A stretch of DNA of 11,929 nt from Octopus sinensis (taxonomy: Eukaryota), in assembly GCF_006345805.1 (NCBI RefSeq), contig NW_021826808.1, positions 1 to 11,929 of the forward strand, in the 5' to 3' direction. Shown here in pieces: positions 1-7,794 of this stretch. The notes under the pieces were generated by a model that worked only from the letters and a program-made list of their open reading frames with translations, was not told the DNA's origin and did not search any database. A program made the translations under genes and the position numbers. How positions within the stretch are numbered: position 1 is the first letter of the stretch; the number at the start of each line of letters is the position of its first letter.

Positions 1-505
1 GCACGAGCACAAGTTTGGAACAGGAAAATTTTCTTCATGAATTCGAAAAGGTGCTTCCACTGCTCGTCTCTCTGCGGTCGAAATGCACACACCTGTCTTC
101 AAAGTGGGAGTAGACAAATCGACACAAGTGAAATTAAAGTCACCCATTATTAAGACATTATTAACTTGGCACTATTCAATTAAAGATTTAATATTCATGA
201 AGCATTGTTTGAAACAGTAGTGACGTTTGAGGTCGCCTGTAGAAGCCAATTATCGTTGAATCGTTAGTTTTGTTATATACAGACACTGATCCACTGTAAC
301 TATTGGAAAATGAGACATTTGCATTTGCGCTAATGAGTCCAGCAGGAAAATAGCAATCTATCCCTTTCTTCTGCCAGTGCTGTCTGTGTGAATTCCTCGC
401 CTTTACTTCAGCTTTCAAGTGAATTGTCTTATGGTGAGTTTCAGTAAGAACGAGGAAAAGAATATAAAGTTTGTTGGTTACCAAGTCTTGAATGAACAGC
501 TTTGA
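1..505 (-). mobile_element. Decayed non-LTR retrotransposon (CR1/L2-group) ORF2 APE-type endonuclease fragment, running off the left edge
   Basis: Minus-strand translation gives APE endonuclease motifs in the correct order: VLTETH (TET at 445-437), IIGFYRRP (~250-229), then after a frameshift and an in-frame TAG (174-172) VLIMGDFNF (GDFN at 144-133), followed by CVDLSTPTLK...IHEENF. Clade assignment is from motif resemblance only. Confidence 0.75.
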
Positions 506-1164
506 GATGGAGAATCAATGTAATTTCGGAGAATTAAAGACTGAAAACTTAATCTTTAAGATGAGGCGGTAATTATGAACATTATTGAAATAGGGAAGAT
601 TACAATGAAAAAACTTAAAACACGGAGAACAACACTGTATGGAAAAATTACAGATAGATTATAGTTCAATAAAATGTACCCTTTCGTTAACCTGAGAAAA
701 AAAAAGGGGGGGAAATGCTAATGCGAATGGAAGAAAGAAAAATGATTTTCCTCAAAATGTTAACTGAAAGATGGACAGGGTTATAAAAACGAGTGAGCTA
801 TACACCGTCTGCACTGAAAAAAAAAACAACAGAATGGACGATAATCATAATGGGTTTGCTTAGCAGTAGAAGGATGCAAGTGTACAGATTGGTTGAAAAA
901 ATGAAAGAAGAGATAAAAATGTTCAAAATTGAGGGAATGAAAAGGGTAAGCAGCAATGAGAGCGGGTGACGGGAAAAGAGAAATACGTGGTGAGAGAGAG
1001 GGAGAGAGAGAGGTGGGGATGGGGTAATGAAGTCACAGTAAGAGAGAGGGAAAATAATCTATTGTTACTGTACACCTTTCATTATTAAAATTTCAGTACG
1101 ATATATTCTAATATTTACGCACGAAAAACTAGGTATCAGGCTACTAAATTCTAAGAAAAGGTTT

Positions 1165-1262
1165 GCGTGCATATATATGCATATATATTTGATTATGCAT
1201 ACATTCACACACACATACGTGTACATGCTTATGAATATATATATTATATATATATATATATA
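1165..1262. repeat. Mixed (AT)n/(CA)n microsatellite
   Basis: Seen directly. Confidence 0.85.
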
Positions 1263-1330
1263 ATTCCAACACGCCATCTGAGTTCAATTCATCTAAGTCG
1301 AAAGACGCCTGTTGTGATGTCCTGTTATTG

Positions 1331-1420
1331 TTCTTCTTCTCTTCTTCTCTCTATCTTTCTTCTTTCTTCTTCTTCTTATTATTATTATTATTATTATTAT
1401 TATTTTATTATTATCATTAT
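1331..1420. repeat. Compound (CTT)n-(ATT)n trinucleotide microsatellite
   Basis: Seen directly; explains the poly-Ser/Tyr/Leu ORFs 1167..1469 and 1328..1621. Confidence 0.9.
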
Positions 1421-1705
1421 TTTATTGTTGTTTGGTGTTTTTGTTTGTTTTGTATTTATATTCGTGTAACATCGTCCATTTTTCCGTCCTTGTTTCGTAT
1501 ACGCTCGAAGCTTTTTTCCAAGGAATCTAATGTTTTTAGCTTAGTTTTACCTGGGGGCTGGCCAGACTCGAGCAATCTCAAGATTAATCAGCCGAAATTG
1601 CGAGGAGGATCCGGTTCTTGACTGCAGATTGAAGACTTCGAAATACCCGGTCCGTGTTTTTTGTATGTCTTCTGAATATTTTGCGTTCTTGTCCCATTTT
1701 GTATT
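1421..1705 (+). repeat. Possible interspersed-repeat or terminal-repeat fragment ending in (AT)n
   Basis: Complex non-coding block between two microsatellites, with a T-rich end running into (AT)n like the PLE terminal repeats in this window, and two CTNNAGA..CGAAAT motifs. Family not identified. Confidence 0.3.
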
Positions 1706-1754
1706 TATGTATATATATATATATATATATTATAATATATATATATATATAATA

Positions 1755-1785
<31 letters not shown>

Positions 1786-1855
1786 ATAGATATATATTAT
1801 ATATGTATATAAATATATATGTATATATATATATACATATATTATACATATATAT
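1706..1855. repeat. Imperfect (AT)n microsatellite, left flank of PLE1
   Basis: Seen directly. Confidence 0.95.
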
Positions 1856-1949
1856 TCTGAGAATTTACAAAAAAAAAAAAGATGAAGACGAGTGTGTAAA
1901 CAACAGATGTATTAGTTTACAATGCTCAGGAAGTGAGAACGTCTTTTAC
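1856..1949 (-). repeat. Inverted partial pseudo-LTR (3' part) of the PLE1 family
   Basis: The reverse complement (GTAAAAGACGTTCTCACTTCCTGAGCATTGTAAACTAATACATCTGTTG...CTTCATCTTTT...GTAAATTCTC then ATAT) shares, in order, the blocks AAAAGAC, TTCCTGAG, ACTAATACAT, CTTC(A/G)TCTTTT and GTAAA with + strand 3470-3575. Confidence 0.8.
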
Positions 1950-2894
1950 ACCTCTGTCTCCTTCCTCGACATTTCGGTCAGCATTCATCACTCCACTCTT
2001 ACCATCTCCATTCACTACAAACACACAGACTCACACTCATACCTAAACTTCTCTTCCTCTCACCCCAAATACACCAAGCTTTCCATCCCCTATTCCCAAT
2101 TCCTCCGTCTACGTAGGCTCTGTAGTGACGACCATGACTTTGAGACTCAATCTCAACGCATGGATCGCCACTTCATCCTACGTGGATACCCCCTCACCAC
2201 TACCCACACCGCCCTTGCCAAAGCACGTTCCGTAGACCGTGCATCTGCTTTCTCCCCCCGAACCCGCTCTGTAGTCTCCCGCCTCCCTTTTCCCCTCACT
2301 TACCACTCCACCACCCTACCTCTCCAACGCACCATTCTTCTAGCTTTCCGGCATCTCCAGTCCGACCCGTCCACTTCACACCCCTTCCCTAACCGACCCC
2401 TCCCCTCCTTCAAACGAGCCCATAACCTACGAGACCTCTTGGTCCACAGCTTCTTCTCTGACCCTACCTCCCAACCTGGCTCGTTCCCCTGCTCCCGCCC
2501 ACGTTGCCGCACTTGCCCTTACCTCTCCAACACCACCCTCCTCACCGGCACCCATCATCGATCCTATCGCATCACCGACTTCTTCACCTGCACCTCCAGC
2601 AATAACATCTATTGCATCTCTTGCTCTCTCTGCCATTTCCTGTACATCGGACAAACGAGACGCCGCTTGGCTGACCGGTTCGCGGAACACCTCCGTGACA
2701 TCCGCCTCGCCAATGACACTCCAGTCACACGCCATTTCCGCTCCACCGGTAACTCCTTGCAACACCTGTCTGTGTTCGGATTGTCCTTGCACAGAGGCCA
2801 TCCGGATTCCCGTTTGCGCCGTGAACAGGGATTAATCTTATCTCTTCGCTCTTTTACGCCATTTGGGCTCCACTCTCCCCACCTTTTCATCTAA
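1950..2894 (+). pseudogene. 5'-truncated PLE polyprotein: RT motif 7/thumb, Cys linker and GIY-YIG endonuclease (314 open codons)
   Basis: SVSFLDISV, YKHTDSHSYLNFSSSHP, SIPYSQFLRLRRLCS, LRGYP; linker CSRPRCRTC; IYCISCSLC..LYIGQTRRRLADRFAEH..RHF (GIY-YIG with CCHH); TAA at 2892-2894. The catalytic RT YxDD region is absent. The N-terminal 107 codons of listed ORF 1629..2894 are read-through of (AT)n and the inverted repeat. Confidence 0.9.
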
Positions 2895-3439
2895 ACTCCC
2901 CCCCGACTCCTACTTCATCTTTTCACACCTACTCTCTTTCCCTCCTCTTCCCTTCTTTCCCTACTTCCCCCTTCTTTCCTCTTCTCTCTTTTTCCCTCTT
3001 CCCCTTCTCCCCTTCTCTCTTCTCTCTGCTCCCCTCACTCCCCTCTCCCCCGTCCCCGTCCCCCTCCCCCCTCCCTCCTCTCTCTCTCCCCCCCCACACA
3101 CCCATCCCCACATCTTTACACCTACACATATACATATCACATCACAACACACCACCCTCACACCCATTCCATATCTCCCACACCACACATACATACATAT
3201 ACACGTCCAGACACCAGCCCTCTTTCACACGCACATACATACTCTCTTATCCACACGCACCTTTGTGTTGGGGCACCTTCGTTTTGGAAGTCACTTGATC
3301 TTGTTATCTTCCCTACTGTCCCTCTAGCGTCTAACGTCTGACCTCTGCCTGAAGTCAGAACGCCATGATAGATCGTTAGCTCCTACACGCATTTTTTCTC
3401 TCCTTGTTTCTCTCTCTCCTTGCTTTTTTATTTTGTGTA

Positions 3440-3477
3440 TCTTTCTGTCGAAGAGCGTAGGCTCGAAACGAAAAAGA
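3440..3477 (+). ncRNA. Hammerhead-ribozyme-like motif (minimal type I) in the PLE1 pseudo-LTR, predicted inactive
   Basis: TCTTT-CTGTCGA-A-GAGC-GTAG-GCTC-GAAAC-GA-A-AAAGA. Helix I is TCTTT/AAAGA and helix II is GAGC/GCTC, but core A6 is U and U16.1 is A. Confidence 0.6.
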
Positions 3478-3575
3478 CTTGTTCTATTTCTATTCCTGAG
3501 TGCCATACTAATACATTTGTTTGTTTGTACTCCACCTGGCTTCGTCTTTTGTTTATTTTCCGTAAACCGTCCCGT

Positions 3576-3624
3576 TATATATATAATATATATATATTAT
3601 ATATATATATATATATTATATATA

Positions 3625-3665
<41 letters not shown>

Positions 3666-3667
3666 AA
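3576..3667. repeat. (AT)n microsatellite between PLE1 and PLE2
   Basis: Seen directly. Confidence 0.95.
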
Positions 3668-3914
3668 TACCCGGAGCGTTGCATCGGAATATGAAGTGCT
3701 GGATGTGTTGTTGTCGTTCTTGTCGTTGGCATAGTGGAAATACATTCCTCATTACTCTAACTAAGTCTGCCACCAGGATGTTGAGCTTGGTAGTACTCGA
3801 CATCGCTGAGTCATTACGGATTACCAGTGGATTAGCCATAGGTTTACAATAGTGTGAGTGGAGTATACAGGGTTTAACAGTTCCGTTAATCATAGTATTT
3901 TCCATCCACAGCTC

Positions 3915-4027
3915 AGTTCTGTTCGAATTATTAAACTTAAGGAGGTACCTAAAAGTCCTGATCAAATTCCAAAAGTGAAGTGTAGTGTACCAATATTTTT
4001 ATGAATTGTTGAGAATATTCATCGCAT
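3915..4027 (-). pseudogene. cox1: Mitochondrial cox1 5' end (NUMT)
   Basis: ATG at 4027; table 5 translation [38 protein letters not shown], versus the usual cephalopod [34 protein letters not shown]. Confidence 0.95.
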
Positions 4028-4540
4028 ATAATAAGATGGGGATAAAAATAATTGTCCCTAATATATTAAAACATATAATTGATTTTATATTTGTTATTAT
4101 TTTATTTGTTTTAAATATAAAAAATGATTTGATTATTAGTAACATTATTAAATTTAGGTAGAAATATAATCTAACAAGAGTTCTAATAAATAGTAATAAA
4201 GATAATAAAATTATATTTATATTTAAAAGTGAGTTGAGAACTATTAGTTTTGATAGAAATCCTAATGTAGGGGGAATACCTGCAAGGGATAAAATTAATA
4301 TTATGGTGAAGATATTTTCTTTATTTATATCTATATTTTGTTCTGTTAATCAGTATGTAAAAAAGGTTGATTTTATAGAAAATGTAATAAATATAGGAAG
4401 AATTATAATTGTATAAATTAGTAGATAATTAAATATGAGAAAATTATTGATAAAACAGATTGGTAATATTCATCCTAAGTGTGAAATTGATGAATATACT
4501 ATATAATTAATTGTAAGCTAGATTGGTTAATAGCTTGAAT
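4028..4540 (-). pseudogene. nad2: Mitochondrial nad2 3' part (NUMT)
   Basis: Table 5 translation: IQAINQSSLQLIM/VYSSISHLGWML...LSLAGIPPTLGFLSKL...SLYFYL...IPILL. One extra TA (4501-4500) shifts the frame; 157 open codons run 4499-4029; an incomplete stop T at 4028 abuts the cox1 ATG. Confidence 0.92.
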
Positions 4541-5169
4541 TATCTAGGACAGGTAATCTATAACTGGGGTGTTTAGAGGGGAAGTCCACGGTAACTTTTA
4601 TACTGCTATGAATAGAGTATACACACAATATGACAGAATCAGAGTGTACAAAGACATTCAAGAAAATCCTGCACACAACTGGCCCTAAGATGAAGGTTGT
4701 AGAAAAGACAGGTAGGACTATCAAATCTGTATTATGTAGATCATATCCATTGATAATTCACATGTCAAAATAATTGTGCAGTATGTTCTACACCACCCAT
4801 GTGAACTGCAAAACCAAGAGCACTGTATACCAATTAAGTGCCAAGAAGGAGCTTGCGCGACTAACCCGAGTCATACATAGGTGAGACTTCTAGGAGTATC
4901 AATGATAGGGTCAAAGAACACCTGGACAACTACATTGAAAGAAACCAAACTCCATCTTCTATCAGCATGCTGTAGACTGCCACAAGGGCTCCTTAGGGAG
5001 ACTTAAGTTAAACATCTTATCCACACATCCCACTGATGCAATGCTGAGACAGGTCACGGAAGCTGTCTGTATACAAGAATACAAACCCACTCTCAACCAA
5101 AAATCCGGATGGGGTAACATCCAGATTCCACTCGGGAGTACCATTCTATAACCACCCCCTCTCTCTCAT

Positions 5170-5830
5170 TTACATATAATAATCCATTCATACATGTTGA
5201 AATGCATGGTACTAAAATACATATATGCAGTTATATATAACCGTACGAGTGTACATTGTTTCATACGTATGTACGTATGTGTAGATGTATAAGTGTGTGT
5301 ACGTGTGTGTATGTGTTGTATCTTGTGTATGTTAGTGTATAAGTATGTACATGCATGCATATATGAGTATGTGTAAATATATATATGTATTATATATATA
5401 TGCATGTAAACAAAATTAAAAAATAAGAATAAATAGAATAAAATAAAGCAAGTTTGTATTTTAACCGTTGTCCTTGAAAAGAGTGTCATATATATGTATA
5501 TGTATGTATATGTATGTGTGTATGTATGTATAAATATATATATATAGATATGTATTTATGTGTGTGTATATGTATATGTATGTAGAGATGGATGAGCGTA
5601 TATGTGTGTATACTTTAAGATTATACGTATATTTGTTTGTATGTGTGTCTATATGATTGTGTGTACTTGTATATATGTATAAGTAAGGTTATATGTGCAT
5701 ATATGTATCTAAGACGTTGTATCCATTCACCGTTAGACGGCGGTGAGAGGGACAAACGCACATACACACATATATGTGTGTGTATGTGTGTCTATATAAA
5801 TGTATATGTGTGTATATATACAACCTTCAA
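5170..5830. repeat. Degenerate TA/TG/TATG simple-repeat region with short unique spacers
   Basis: Seen directly. Confidence 0.75.
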
Positions 5831-5859
5831 CAAGGTAACAGTCATGTATACAACTTGAA

Positions 5860-7203
5860 TTGACACATATCATTACACAAACATACGTTCACATGTACAT
5901 ACACATGTACACACACACAGACACGTCTACACACTCTCCTAAATACTCACATACATACGTAGGTACAAGTACATACCTGCGTATAGGCATGCACACATGC
6001 ATTCGCACTTACATGTACACATACATACATACATACATACAAACATACAAACATACATACATGCGTAGAGGCATGCACACATGCATGCGCTCATACATAA
6101 ATACATACATATATACGCACATACATATATGCATACATACATACGTACATACATACATACATACATACATACACATACATACATACACAAACACACGCAT
6201 ACATACATACATACATACATACATAAATGCATACATACATACATACACACATACATACATACATAAATACATACATACACACATACATACATACATACAC
6301 ATACATACATACACAAACACACGCATACATACATACATACATAAATACATACATACATACATACATACACACATACATACATACATACATACGCACACAC
6401 ATACATAAATACATACATATATACATACATACATACATACATACATACATACATACATACATACATACATACATACATACACACACATACATACACACAT
6501 ACATACATACATACATACATACATACACACACACATACATAAATACATACATATATACATACATACATACATACATACATACATACACACATACACACAT
6601 ACATACATACATACACACATACATACATACATACACGCATACATACATACATAAATACATACATACATACATACATACACACACACATACATACATACAT
6701 ACATACACACACACATACATACGTACATACATACATACATACATACATACATACATACATACATGCATACACACACACATACATACGCACATACATACAT
6801 ACATACAAACATACATACATACAGACATACATACATACATACATACACACATACACACATACATACATACATACAGACATACAGACATACATACATACAT
6901 ACATACATACACACATACACACATACATACATACACACATACATACATACATACAGACATACAGACATACATACATACATACATACATACACACATACAC
7001 ACATACATACATACACACATACACACATACATACATACATACACACATACATACATACATACAGACATACAGACATACATACGTACATACATACATACAT
7101 ACACACACACATACATACATATATACATACATACGTACATACATACATTCATACAAACATACATACATACATACATACATACATACATACATACATACAT
7201 ACA

Positions 7204-7235
<32 letters not shown>

Positions 7236-7268
7236 CATACACACACACACACATACGTACATATATAT
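5860..7268. repeat. ~1.4-kb (TACA)n/(CATA)n tetranucleotide array, most regular from ~6020 to 7260
   Basis: Seen directly; source of the MYVC/HTYI ORFs. Confidence 0.97.
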
Positions 7269-7573
7269 ATCATGAACTAACTGTTACTTTCTCAGATGCA
7301 GCACGAAGTTTTGTCAGTGAAGAGGTCGCGGTCTGAAAGCGAGGAAAATATTTTGACAAATTAAACTTAAATGTTGAAGTGAATCGAACGGTTTTTGTGT
7401 GTTTCTTAAATGGCTTATAAACACCTTCCACGCCGCAATTGTTCTATATATATATAGCCGCACACATTCAACTACCCTATTATAAACTGAACTTATCTAT
7501 AGATACACCACCACCACATCCACCACTACTACCAACCCTACTCCAAAACTAAGTAACTGTTATGCACAGAATA

Positions 7574-7740
7574 GGCGCAGGAGTGGCTGTGTCGTAAGTA
7601 GCTTGTCTACCAACCACATGGTTCCGGGTTCAGTCCCACTGCGTGGCACCTTGGGCAAGTGTCTTCTACTATAGCCTCGGGCCGACCAAGCCTTGTGAGT
7701 GGATTTTGTAGACGGAAGCTGAAAAGAAGCCCGTCGTATT
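7574..7740 (+). mobile_element. tRNA-derived SINE, 5' half (octopus-type)
   Basis: A-box-like TGGCTGTGTCG (7584-7594), B-box-like GGTTCAGTCCC (7627-7637), then ACCTTGGGCAAGT as in CORE/Meta-type SINE central domains, running into (AT)n. Matches my recollection of an abundant Octopus SINE (not verified). Confidence 0.85.
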
Positions 7741-7746
7741 ATGTAT

Positions 7747-7790
<44 letters not shown>
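7741..7790. repeat. (AT)n tract shared by the SINE 5' half and the 3' end of the minus-strand element
   Basis: Seen directly. Confidence 0.95.

Positions 7791-7794
<4 letters not shown>

Larger units (their letters stand above)
1856..3575 (+). mobile_element. Penelope-like retroelement PLE1 (Neptune-like), 5'-truncated, with inverted partial pseudo-LTR at the 5' end
   Basis: RT C-terminus/thumb and GIY-YIG coding region 1950-2894; pyrimidine- and CA-rich 3' UTR; pseudo-LTR with hammerhead-like motif at 3440-3477 ending at ~3575; inverted copy of the pseudo-LTR 3' part at 1856-1949; (AT)n on both sides. Confidence 0.9.
3915..4540 (-). other. NUMT: ~625-bp nuclear copy of mitochondrial DNA spanning the nad2-cox1 junction
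   Basis: Very AT-rich block; in the invertebrate mitochondrial code it encodes the nad2 3' half abutting the cox1 5' end. Confidence 0.95.
3667..5151. mobile_element. Second Penelope-like retroelement PLE2 (different lineage), decayed, 5'-inverted and interrupted by a NUMT
   Basis: Minus strand 4616-4541: SIHSSIKVTVDFPSKHPSYRLPVLD. Minus strand 3914-3667: (T)ELWME...HYCKPMANPLVIRNDSAMS..KLNILV..LVRVMRN...HFIFR[M]QRSGY, with a 1-nt deletion near 3684. Plus strand ~4620-5151: KMKVVEKTGRTIKSVLCRSYP, CAVC, VYQ[I]KCQEGAC, YIGETSRSINDRVKEH (4874-4921), DAMLRQVTEAV, LNQKSGWG, with several frameshifts. Confidence 0.85.

Noticed and set aside
520-1160. A-rich region as LINE ORF1 or a host exon
   Set aside because: There are frequent stops in the frames inspected, and no recognisable motifs or convincing splice pattern.
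1629-1949. N-terminal third of the 421-aa ORF as a real protein start
   Set aside because: It reads through (AT)n and the inverted pseudo-LTR; PLE homology begins only at ~1950.
2300-3327. Antisense and overlapping ORFs at PLE1 and the Pro/Leu-rich ORF 2863..3327
   Set aside because: These are by-products of the C/T-skewed element sequence and its low-complexity 3' UTR.
3597-3965. 122-aa minus-strand ORF as a gene
   Set aside because: It is chimeric: out-of-frame cox1 NUMT, then PLE2 thumb, then (AT)n.
3992-4014. NUMT as a COI barcoding contaminant (contains an LCO1490-like site)
   Set aside because: The forward primer site is present with mismatches, but cox1 stops after 37 codons, so the reverse site is absent and no standard amplicon is expected.
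4527-4724. 65-aa minus-strand ORF as a gene
   Set aside because: It is chimeric across the PLE2 inversion junction and the NUMT edge; only SIHSS...LPVLD is meaningful.
7270-7445. Possible fragment of another interspersed repeat
   Set aside because: It looks familiar but has no termini, TSD or coding motif to support a call.
7574-7645. tRNA gene
   Set aside because: It has A/B-box-like motifs but continues into a SINE body, and I could not fold a convincing cloverleaf.
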